Origin: an uncultured Acidimicrobiaceae bacterium
Lineage (GTDB): Bacteria > Actinomycetota > Acidimicrobiia > Acidimicrobiales > SZUA-35
Direction: 5' to 3'
DNA length: 58,001 nt
Assembly (NCBI GenBank): GCA_964609665.1
Contig: CAZSTV010000003.1
Location: 26,219 to 84,219 of the forward strand
The position numbers were made by a program, and so were the translations under genes. Positions 51,145 to 58,001 of this stretch are shown piece by piece; within the stretch, counting starts at the first letter, position 1, and each line of letters starts with the position of its first letter. A model generated the notes under the pieces. It did no database searches. It had not been told where the DNA came from and worked only from the letters and a program-made list of their open reading frames with translations.

Positions 51145-52350
51145 TCAGGAACCGGTGAAACTGAACGACACCGTCTTGGCGGACGTCACGCCGGTTGCGG
51201 TCAACTCCCAAACGGTCCCCGCCTGATCGGGGCTGCAGACCCATCGGAAGGAGAGGTTGCCTGCAGCGTCTGCCACACCGTTCTTGATGCCGGTCGCCTG
51301 CGGCGAGGTGAATGCGATCTCCTCGCCTGCGTCGGCACCGGTCAGGTTGCCGAAGACCCGAGCTTCGTCGTTGCAAACGAACGGGTCTTCGAGCAGCTCG
51401 ACCGCCAACGTTCCCTCGGCTGGGGCCGTGCCGGGATCGGCCGGTGCCGCCGCGCTTTCCAGCGCTCCGGTGAAGCTGATGGTGGCGGACTTGCCCGAGG
51501 TGACGCCGGTAGCGGTCAGCTCCCAGGTGGTACCTGCCTGGTCTGGTGTACAGGACCAGCGAATGGGCAGCGTTCCGTCAGCCTCGGCGGTGCCAGAGGT
51601 GAGGTTGGCGGTCTGCGGTGAGTTGAAGGCGATCTCCTCGTTCGGGGTTGCACCAGACAACTGGGCGAACGGCCGCAGCACGTTGTCACAGACGAACGGG
51701 TCCTCGGTGACCAGCACGTCGAGCAGGTTGGGGTTGACGGTGGTGGGGGGCGGAAGAATGGTGCTGTCGGGAGTGCCGGCCAGGTCGCCATCGGTACCGG
51801 CATCGGCTTCGGTGCTTGCGCCCGCGTCCGTCTCAGGCAGCGGATCGCCGCCGCTGAAGACCGACCACGCCGCCAACCCCAGCGCGATGAGCGCCACCAG
51901 CAGCAGCGCCAAAATAAACAGCAGAACAAGCCCAGTCCGGCGGCTCTTCACCACCTCGACCTCCTGCTGGTTGTTCTCCCACTCGTTGGCCTGAGGGGCC
52001 AGGATGTGAGGCTTCGGGGCAGATGGCTGCTTCTGAGAAAAGCCGGGTATGCCAACCCTGGTGTCGCCAAAGAGCGACTCGTCGGAATCGGCCGGACCGA
52101 CGCCGGTGCTTGGAAAGTCGGCGTCGAAGGCGTCCATTGGATCCCGCGGAGTGGAGGCGGAGTGGTTTCCACCAGTCGACCCGTGGGGCCGTGGCGGAAG
52201 CGAGGGCCGTGGCCCTGCCCGTGTTTCATCGCCTGACGCCATTGCCGCACCTACCTTGCATTCGGTGTTTGGTATCGGATCCGGGGTTGACCGCACCGCT
52301 CGGTCAATTTTAGGCCAAACGGTGCCGCCTTCAGCACCAGCTACAACCAC
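51145..52350 (-). CDS. Single-pass membrane protein with Pro-rich cytoplasmic N-terminus and two tandem ~95-aa Cys-pair extracellular domains
   Basis: TM GLVLLFILALLLVALIALGLAAWSVF. The internal duplication is PFVCDNVLRPF...IRWSCTPDQAGTTWELTATGVTSGKSATISFTG versus PFVCNDEARVF...FRWVCSPDQAGTVWELTATGVTSAKTVSFSFTG. The start is uncertain: 52350 or ATG 52242. Confidence 0.6.
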   Translation of the reverse strand: MVVAGAEGGTVWPKIDRAVRSTPDPIPNTECKVGAAMASGDETRAGPRPSLPPRPHGSTGGNHSASTPRDPMDAFDADFPSTGVGPADSDESLFGDTRVGIPGFSQKQPSAPKPHILAPQANEWENNQQEVEVVKSRRTGLVLLFILALLLVALIALGLAAWSVFSGGDPLPETDAGASTEADAGTDGDLAGTPDSTILPPPTTVNPNLLDVLVTEDPFVCDNVLRPFAQLSGATPNEEIAFNSPQTANLTSGTAEADGTLPIRWSCTPDQAGTTWELTATGVTSGKSATISFTGALESAAAPADPGTAPAEGTLAVELLEDPFVCNDEARVFGNLTGADAGEEIAFTSPQATGIKNGVADAAGNLSFRWVCSPDQAGTVWELTATGVTSAKTVSFSFTGS

Positions 52351-52403
52351 AAACTAGTCGACGACAGTGCCGGTGTGACCCCGGCGCCCCAACGCCGTTG
52401 GGG

Positions 52404-53003
52404 TCAGCCGTGGGCCGATGCGGCCCCAGACCCCTTCGCTACCCCACCGGCGAGGGGTACGAGCACGGCCAGCACCGACAAACCGCCCAGAAAAAGGTGG
52501 GCAACCAGCCACCGACGCAAGCTGGCGACGCTGACCTCGGACCCGTCGATGAGGAGGAACGTAATGTCCTCCTGGTCAAAAATGGCGGAGAAACCGGACA
52601 TATTCGTCCCGACCGTGATGGCCTGCAATGCCATCTGATCCCATGGAAGAAACGAGCCGCTGTACGCAGCTATGGCAAACACGACGACCGTTGCCAGACC
52701 GTAGAGGCGTCTCCGCATCCCGTACCTGACGGCGACGACGCCAGAGCAAATCAGCAACGCCACCGCCGACACGATGGAAGAGACCCGATGTCCGGCTTGC
52801 CATTGCACCGAGCGGTTGGTCGACCCGATGTCGGAAAAGGCGGTAGCGGCGGTCGGCTGATAGTTGAGGTAGAGCCACACCCCGCTGACCGTCACAGCGA
52901 CGAGTCCGACGGCGGCGATCCAGCCCGAGATACGTCCGACACGCTGCCAGCCGTCCACACCTGGGTGGTGTGGGTCAGTGGAGACGTCCTCGGTCGAGGT
53001 CAT
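52404..53003 (-). CDS. Cytochrome-b-N-terminal-domain-like 4-TM membrane protein (possibly single-heme)
   Basis: 199 aa. GSFLPWDQMALQAITVGTN resembles the cytochrome b/b6 G.sLPWDQ..wA..v.T motif. There is one His in the helix B-like segment (GHRVSS...) and one in the helix D-like segment (VAHLFLGG). Confidence 0.45.
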   Translation of the reverse strand: MTSTEDVSTDPHHPGVDGWQRVGRISGWIAAVGLVAVTVSGVWLYLNYQPTAATAFSDIGSTNRSVQWQAGHRVSSIVSAVALLICSGVVAVRYGMRRRLYGLATVVVFAIAAYSGSFLPWDQMALQAITVGTNMSGFSAIFDQEDITFLLIDGSEVSVASLRRWLVAHLFLGGLSVLAVLVPLAGGVAKGSGAASAHG

Positions 53004-53116
53004 CGAAGAACGTTAGTCTTCCGCTCAGCTCCTCGCCCGAATCGGGGGTAGGTTCAGCCGATGGTGGAATCGACCACGATCACGAGCGCAACCACAAGCG
53101 CGGCCCTGGCGAACCG

Positions 53117-53731
53117 ATGAACTGTCTGATCATCCACGCCCACCCCGACCCGGACTCGTTCAACACCGCGCTCCGGGAACGGGCGGTCGCCACACTCGTT
53201 GCGGCGAACCACCAGGTCGAGGTGATCGACCTGTACGGCATTGGTTACACCGCGGCGATGAGTGAACAGGAGCACATCGGCTACTACACAAACGGCCTCG
53301 ACCACCCCGACGCCGTCGTGGCCGAACACATCGAGCAACTGCGGCGAGCACAGATGCTGGTCTTCATCTACCCCACCTGGTGGTCGGGCATCCCCGCGGT
53401 GATGAAGGGTTGGCTGGATCGCACGTTCCTTCCCGAGGTGGCCTTCACCCTTGGCGACGAGACCCCTGGTGAGAAGGCCGAGGTGAGGGGCAACCTCGAC
53501 AACATCAAGCGTCTGGTCGGCATCACCACCTACGGCTCGAAGCGGACAGACGTGCTACTCCTCGGCGACGCTGGCCGACGGACTATCAGCAGAACGGTCC
53601 GACTGGTGTGCGCCCGGCGCTGTCGCACCACCTGGCTCGGCCTTCATCAACTCGACACCGCACCGCCGGAGAAACGCGCCGGGTTTCTGGATCAGGTCGA
53701 AACGACGTTGACCAAGGTGGCCGGTCGATGA
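53117..53731 (+). CDS. Flavodoxin-like-fold NAD(P)H dehydrogenase (quinone) family protein
   Basis: Trimmed to ATG 53117 (MNCLIIHAHPDPDSFNTAL...). Contains MLVFIYPTWWSGIPAVMKGWLDR. Confidence 0.8.
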   Translation: MNCLIIHAHPDPDSFNTALRERAVATLVAANHQVEVIDLYGIGYTAAMSEQEHIGYYTNGLDHPDAVVAEHIEQLRRAQMLVFIYPTWWSGIPAVMKGWLDRTFLPEVAFTLGDETPGEKAEVRGNLDNIKRLVGITTYGSKRTDVLLLGDAGRRTISRTVRLVCARRCRTTWLGLHQLDTAPPEKRAGFLDQVETTLTKVAGR

Positions 53732-54354
53732 CCAAGCCGCTGGCCAAGACCCTGACCAAGTCCCTGACAAGGACGCTGGTGGTGATCTGCCATCCGAAGC
53801 AGACCAGTTTGACCAGGGCCGCGGCGGCGCGGGTGCTCTCCGGACTGGATCGAGCAGGCCATGACGTGCGGACGCTCGATTTGTACGCAATGGGTTTTGA
53901 CCCCGTGCTTCGCCTCGGAGAGGTTCGTGATCACCTCGGCTCACCCCAGGACCGGCCGGACCTTGCCGAGCACTTCGACGCGCTTCGCTGGGCGGAACAA
54001 CTGGTCCTGGTCTACCCCACCTGGTTCTCGGGCCAACCGGCCATGCTCAAGGGCTGGTTTGACCGGGTGTGGATGAACGAGGTTGCCTTCACTCTGCCTG
54101 AAGGGTCAGCCAGGATTCGTGGCACGCTCTCCACGCTGAAGCGGATTCACATTGTCACCAGCCACGGATCAACCCGGCGGGTGAATTGGGTGCAGGGCAA
54201 CAGCGGACGCATCCGGGTCACACGGACTCTTCGGATTCTGTGCAACAAGTTCTGTCGGACGACGTGGACGGCGATCTATGACATCGACAACAAGTCCTCG
54301 AGCGAGATCGAGGCGTGGTTGTCGACGGTGGAGGAGACCTTCGCCGAGCGCTAG
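53728..54354 (+). CDS. Flavodoxin-like-fold NAD(P)H dehydrogenase (quinone) family protein, paralog of the preceding gene
   Basis: ATG 53728 forms an ATGA overlap with the upstream stop. LVVICHPKQTSLT... and LVLVYPTWFSGQPAMLKGWFDR parallel the upstream gene. Confidence 0.75.
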   Translation: MTKPLAKTLTKSLTRTLVVICHPKQTSLTRAAAARVLSGLDRAGHDVRTLDLYAMGFDPVLRLGEVRDHLGSPQDRPDLAEHFDALRWAEQLVLVYPTWFSGQPAMLKGWFDRVWMNEVAFTLPEGSARIRGTLSTLKRIHIVTSHGSTRRVNWVQGNSGRIRVTRTLRILCNKFCRTTWTAIYDIDNKSSSEIEAWLSTVEETFAER

Positions 54355-54397
54355 CGTGCAGCCGGCGTCAGTGTCAGCGTGCAGACGGCGTCCGTGT
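54353..54397. repeat. Two 22-bp direct repeats (AGCGTGCAGCCGGCGTCAGTGT / AGCGTGCAGACGGCGTCCGTGT) in a convergent intergenic gap
   Basis: 20 of 22 positions are identical, with a period of 23 bp. The first copy begins inside the stop codon of 53728..54354. Confidence 0.5.
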
Positions 54398-54411
54398 GCC
54401 GCTGGCGTCGT

Positions 54412-55359
54412 TTAGCTTGCAGTGAGGATCTCTGATCCCTCTTCGGCCTTGCGGGCCTCTGCGGCTTCTCGCCTGGTCTTGATCCGGTCCGCCACACGCT
54501 TCGACTTCTCGATGTAGGCGATGGCCCGCTCTCGAGCCTGCTCGGCCTCGGGGGTCAACCCTTCGAGGTTCGGGAGGTCCCAGTAGCGGAGCACGATGGG
54601 TTCCAGAATCTGCTCGTAGTGGGCAGCGAGATCATAAATGCCAGCGGCGGCGATCGCCTTGGCGTGGATGCCAAAGTCAGGGATGCCTTCGCCCGGCATG
54701 GCAAAGCCGACGATTTGGCGCTCCATGGCCTCTACCGCCTGGCTCGGATCAATATCGGTGGCCGCTTTCGCCACGTCCCGGTAGAACAGGAAGTGGTGGT
54801 TCTCATCCATGGCGACCCGGCGCATGATGTCGTAGCCGGCCCGGTCCTCGATGAGGGCACCGGTGTTGCGGTGGGAGATCCTTGTCGCCAACTCCTGGAG
54901 CGTGACGTAGATCAGACCGTCGATTGCCGAGGGCGGTTCCGGCACCTTGCCGCCGCCCATCTGAATCATGCGGCCGTTCTCGAGCGCCACAGGGTCGATG
55001 GCCCGGGTGACCGTCAGGTATTCACGGATCACGATGGCGTGGCGACCTTCCTCGGCCGTCCAACGTCGAACCCATTCACCCCAGGCACCGTCCGCGCCGA
55101 ACATTCGCTCAATGTCGCGGAAGTAGTACGGCAGGTTGTCCTCGGTCAGCAGGTTGACGAAGAGTGCGCTGCGCACCTCGGGCGACATCTCGGATTCTTC
55201 CGGCGACCACTCGTAGTCCGGCTCAAAATCCCGACCCCGGCTCCATGGCACCAGGGAATGCGGATGCCACTCTTTCGTCGTTGCGTAGTGATTCTCCAAG
55301 AGACGCTCGGCCTCTGGCTCAAGCTCTGCAAGCAGTGCGACGTCTGCGTCAATGACCAT
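54412..55359 (-). CDS. Soluble di-iron acyl-ACP desaturase (DesA1/DesA2-like)
   Basis: Trimmed to ATG 55359 (MVIDADVALLAELEP...). Contains NLLTEDNLPYY and WVRRWTAEEGRHAIVIREYL (EExxH di-iron motif). A second EL..R..H-type region follows (LQELATRISHRNTG). Confidence 0.85.
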   Translation of the reverse strand: MVIDADVALLAELEPEAERLLENHYATTKEWHPHSLVPWSRGRDFEPDYEWSPEESEMSPEVRSALFVNLLTEDNLPYYFRDIERMFGADGAWGEWVRRWTAEEGRHAIVIREYLTVTRAIDPVALENGRMIQMGGGKVPEPPSAIDGLIYVTLQELATRISHRNTGALIEDRAGYDIMRRVAMDENHHFLFYRDVAKAATDIDPSQAVEAMERQIVGFAMPGEGIPDFGIHAKAIAAAGIYDLAAHYEQILEPIVLRYWDLPNLEGLTPEAEQARERAIAYIEKSKRVADRIKTRREAAEARKAEEGSEILTAS

Positions 55360-55363
55360 GCTC

Positions 55364-55393
55364 GTCAGCCTACCTACCGGTCGGTAGGCTGAC
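55364..55393. promoter_or_regulatory. Palindrome GTCAGCCTACC-N8-GGTAGGCTGAC (core CCTACCG-GT-CGGTAGG), candidate operator immediately upstream of the desaturase start
   Basis: Arms verified as reverse complements. It shares its 16-bp core with the second site at 55463-55490. Confidence 0.5.
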
Positions 55394-55462
55394 AATATCC
55401 GAGCGGCCAAAGTCTCGAAAATTGGTCAATCGGGTGAGCAAACGGCCACTTTCGGCGATGGT

Positions 55463-55490
55463 GCGTAACCTACCGGGCGGTAGGTTACGC
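55463..55490. promoter_or_regulatory. 28-bp palindrome GCGTAACCTACCG-GG-CGGTAGGTTACGC (same CCTACCG-N2-CGGTAGG core), second candidate operator
   Basis: The 13-bp arms are perfect reverse complements with a 2-nt spacer, too short for an RNA hairpin loop. It lies in the desaturase/ligase divergent intergenic region. Confidence 0.5.
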
Positions 55491-55577
55491 CTGACGGCCA
55501 GCTGAAACCGGTCGCCAAAAGAATGTACTGCGCAGGCCGAACCGGCCCGACATCACGGGCCGAAAGCGGCCACCGGT

Positions 55578-56558
55578 ATGCTCGGCGTCGTGCCGGAACC
55601 GTCTCCATTCGAGTGGATTCCGCCGATGAAGGGCGTGATCGGCGAAGCAACCGATGCGCCCGGCTGGGTGGCCGAACTCAAATGGGACGGCCTGCGGGCG
55701 CAGGTCCTGACCGACGGGTCGACCACCATGGTCCGATCCTCCACCGGTCGGGACATCACGGCCCAGTTTCCCGAGTTCGATGACGTTGGCGCCCAACTTG
55801 CCACCGAGGCGGTCTTGGATGGGGAAATCGTGGTCTTCGAGGGCGACCGGCCGTCGTTCCAGCGGGTGCTGCAGCGGCTAAACGTCGACCGACCAACCCA
55901 GCCGCTCGTCGACCAGAACCCCGCAGTGTTCATCGTGTTCGACCTGTTGCGCCTCGACGGCACTTCACTGCTGAAGCTCCCCTACCGCAACCGACGTTCG
56001 GTCCTACATGACTTTCTGTCCGACGGTCCCGTCTGGAAGGTGCCACCATCGGTCGAGGGTGGAGCCACCCAGCTGATGGCCCTGGCCAAGGAGCGGGGCC
56101 TGGAGGGGATTGTCGTCAAACGGCTCGACAGTACATATACCCCAGGGGCGCGCACCCACGACTGGCGTAAGGTTAAAATCCAGCTTCGACAGGAGTTTGT
56201 GGTCGGTGGCTGGTTGGCCGGACAAGGTGCGCTCGAAGATGAGATCGGATCATTAGTGGTAGGAGTCTGGGACGGCCCGAACCTCGTCGTCGCCGGCACC
56301 GCTGGGAGCGGGCTGACCGACGGTGAACGCCAACGCCTTGCAAGCTGTTTCACCGAACGTGCCACTCCCCCGTTCCTGGCCATCCCACCGCTCGACAAAC
56401 GCCCGACCTGGGTGGAACCAAACGTGGTGGTGGAGATTGGCTTTGGCGACTGGCCGCTGGACGGCATGCTGCGACACCCGGTCTACATCGGTATGCGCGA
56501 CGACCAGGACCCAGCAGACGTGGCGAGAGAGATCCAACCTCCAGGCCGGAAGCTCTAG
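55578..56558 (+). CDS. ATP-dependent DNA ligase (LigC / LigD ligase-domain type)
   Basis: Motif I is ELKWDGLR (KxDG), motif III is FIVFDLL, motif IV is EGIVVKR and motif V is DWRKVK. Confidence 0.85.
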   Translation: MLGVVPEPSPFEWIPPMKGVIGEATDAPGWVAELKWDGLRAQVLTDGSTTMVRSSTGRDITAQFPEFDDVGAQLATEAVLDGEIVVFEGDRPSFQRVLQRLNVDRPTQPLVDQNPAVFIVFDLLRLDGTSLLKLPYRNRRSVLHDFLSDGPVWKVPPSVEGGATQLMALAKERGLEGIVVKRLDSTYTPGARTHDWRKVKIQLRQEFVVGGWLAGQGALEDEIGSLVVGVWDGPNLVVAGTAGSGLTDGERQRLASCFTERATPPFLAIPPLDKRPTWVEPNVVVEIGFGDWPLDGMLRHPVYIGMRDDQDPADVAREIQPPGRKL

Positions 56559-56569
56559 GGTTACTACCA

Positions 56570-56920
56570 ATGACCGACAGGACCCAGGACCAACTGCAGG
56601 TGGCATTCCCCGCCTCGCCGACCTTCACCAGGATTGGTCGGGTAGCGGTTGTCGGCTTGGCGCTCCGCCTCGGGATTGACGTGTCGACGGTGGAACAGCT
56701 CCGTTCCGCGGTGGACACTGCGGTGGCCGCGTTGCAGGGCGGTGGCAGAATCAGCGCCCATGCGTCCTGGACCTCGGACGAACTGACCATCACCCTCAGC
56801 AATCCCGAGGCCCTCATCACCGACCCAGGGCGTCTCACCGACGAACTGTTGGAAATGGTCGGAGCGGCAGCGGTTGATCAGCACCAGGTGACGCTGACCC
56901 TGCAGACCGAGACCGACTGA
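56570..56920 (+). CDS. Hypothetical protein (116 aa)
   Basis: Starts 11 bp after the ligase stop and has coding-like composition. It has only a faint resemblance to the N-terminal helices of anti-sigma/HATPase-like proteins, with no nucleotide-binding motifs. Confidence 0.4.
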   Translation: MTDRTQDQLQVAFPASPTFTRIGRVAVVGLALRLGIDVSTVEQLRSAVDTAVAALQGGGRISAHASWTSDELTITLSNPEALITDPGRLTDELLEMVGAAAVDQHQVTLTLQTETD

Positions 56921-56944
56921 GGTTCAGATGACACTGGGGTTCAG

Positions 56945-57961
56945 ATGACACTGCGGTCCACTCTGAACGAGTTTCGGCTGCGACATGACCTACCGGCCGT
57001 TGGCGGTGGCGTCATCACCGTCGACGGCGAGCTGGAGTTTGCCGTCGTCGGCAACTGCGTCAGCAACGGTGACGACCCGGTCCGCAACGACGACAGCTGG
57101 CACATTGGATCGTGCGCAAAAGCGATGACGGCCATGCTGTGCGCTCGCCTGGTGGAGCGCGACCTGGTGCGGTGGGATACACCGGTTCCCGAGCTTTTTG
57201 ATGACCTGCAACTCCACGACGGTTGGGGCGAGGTCACGCTCGAAGATCTGCTGGTCCATCGGGCCGGGGTGGCACCAAATCTGGAGCGGGGCGACATGCT
57301 GGCCGCGTGGCGCTCCAAGGAACCGTTGGCCGACCAGCGGACGGCCGCCACCGCCACGGCACTCGCCCCGGCCCCGAGCCAACCGGGCGAACCGGTGTAC
57401 TCGAACCTTGGCTTCATCATCGTCGGTGCCGCCATAGACCGCCTCGCCGACACCACGTTTGAGGAGGCGATGGCCGCCGAGGTCTTCGAGCCGCTTGACA
57501 TCACCTCGGCCGGGTGGGGAGCGCCATCACGGGTACGGGGCCACCGAAGCCGGCGGGTCCGTGTGATTCCCGGCCGTTCCAGTTCCAAGGCGGTGAACCC
57601 GGCAAGTCATGCGTCAGACAATCCTCCGGTCATGAACTCCGCGGGCCGCGTCCACCTCAACGTGAGGGACTGGTCAAAGTTCCTCCGGCTCTACCTCGGT
57701 ACCGAAGAGACCATCGTTCGCCGTGAAACCATCGACCGGATGCTGACGGCCGGGCCCGACCGGATGGGCGCTATGGGTTGGGTGCCGACCGGTGACAATG
57801 ACGACGTGTCCTATGGCCAGCAGGGGTCAAACACACTCTGGACCGCCAGCGCTCTACTCAGCGCCGACTGCAGCCGGGCGGCGTTCACGGTCTGGAACGA
57901 CGGACGCATTGATCCCGGTGGTGAGGCCATGAAGCTGACGATAGGCATCTTCGAACAGTAG
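56945..57961 (+). CDS. Beta-lactamase-family serine hydrolase (class C / esterase-like)
   Basis: SxxK is SCAK (WHIGSCAKAMTA) and the YxN motif is YSNLGF. 338 aa. Confidence 0.8.
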   Translation: MTLRSTLNEFRLRHDLPAVGGGVITVDGELEFAVVGNCVSNGDDPVRNDDSWHIGSCAKAMTAMLCARLVERDLVRWDTPVPELFDDLQLHDGWGEVTLEDLLVHRAGVAPNLERGDMLAAWRSKEPLADQRTAATATALAPAPSQPGEPVYSNLGFIIVGAAIDRLADTTFEEAMAAEVFEPLDITSAGWGAPSRVRGHRSRRVRVIPGRSSSKAVNPASHASDNPPVMNSAGRVHLNVRDWSKFLRLYLGTEETIVRRETIDRMLTAGPDRMGAMGWVPTGDNDDVSYGQQGSNTLWTASALLSADCSRAAFTVWNDGRIDPGGEAMKLTIGIFEQ

Positions 57962-58001
57962 GTTCCGCTGTCCGCTCGGACCTGGCCCGACTAGTCCTCC
58001 G

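Noticed and set aside
55578-56558. Calling the ligase part of an NHEJ (Ku-LigD) locus
   Set aside because: No Ku gene and no polymerase or phosphoesterase domains are present in or next to the ORF. It is left as a generic ATP-dependent ligase.
1-58001. Looked for mobile elements, prophage or defence-island signatures (integrase, transposase, terminal inverted repeats, restriction/abortive-infection-type genes, sharp GC shifts)
   Set aside because: None were found. The only low-GC stretches are short intergenic control regions (13377-13733, 20340-20516, 30693-30923).

Overview
This is a high-GC, actinobacterial-type chromosomal window. Supporting signs are an LAxTG sortase signal, a PPOX/F420-type protein, a DesA-type acyl-ACP desaturase and a LigC/LigD-type ligase. 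I saw no rRNA, tRNA, CRISPR array, transposase or integrase. All calls were made by eye from the ORF track and the DNA; no searches were run, so family names are motif- or memory-based. Layout: (1) 1-20.3 kb is a divergently organised Wzy-dependent surface-polysaccharide locus. A ~10-gene minus-strand operon is chained by ATGA/GTGA start-stop overlaps, and a 5-gene plus-strand operon faces it. Two paralogous secreted beta-helix proteins flank the locus. It encodes an AlgD-like GDP-mannose dehydrogenase, an oxidoreductase/aminotransferase/acetyltransferase trio, an AsnB-like amidotransferase, two GNAT/FemAB-like acyltransferases, a MurJ-type flippase, a Wzy-like polymerase, one free PCP and an unusual PCP-phosphoglycosyltransferase fusion. 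(2) 20.5-23.2 kb holds a membrane-tethered ECF-sigma/cadherin-like/RTX fusion protein and a stand-alone PilZ protein. (3) 23.2-30.7 kb holds pncA and a lipid/ketone catabolic set: BVMO, acyl-CoA synthetase, SDRs, crotonase and an acs remnant. (4) 30.9-34.8 kb is a 1298-aa secreted ExeM/NucH-nuclease/5'-nucleotidase fusion. (5) 35-43 kb is housekeeping: PPOX, ogt, an M20 amidohydrolase and a fused membrane/spermidine-synthase-like protein. (6) 43.2-46.9 kb is a 1225-aa LAFTG-anchored SdrD-B-repeat surface protein. (7) 47.0-50.3 kb is a four-gene translationally coupled operon: Lgt-like transferase, small membrane protein, radical SAM enzyme with extra Cys clusters, small membrane protein. This is my best candidate for an undescribed lipid or lipoprotein-tailoring system. 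(8) 50.4-58 kb holds a redox module (cytochrome-b-like protein plus two NQO-type flavoproteins), a desaturase with twin palindromic operators, an ATP-dependent DNA ligase and a beta-lactamase-family hydrolase. Many track ORFs are antisense shadow ORFs or carry N-terminal over-extensions. I trimmed starts where a start/stop overlap or an RBS supported it.
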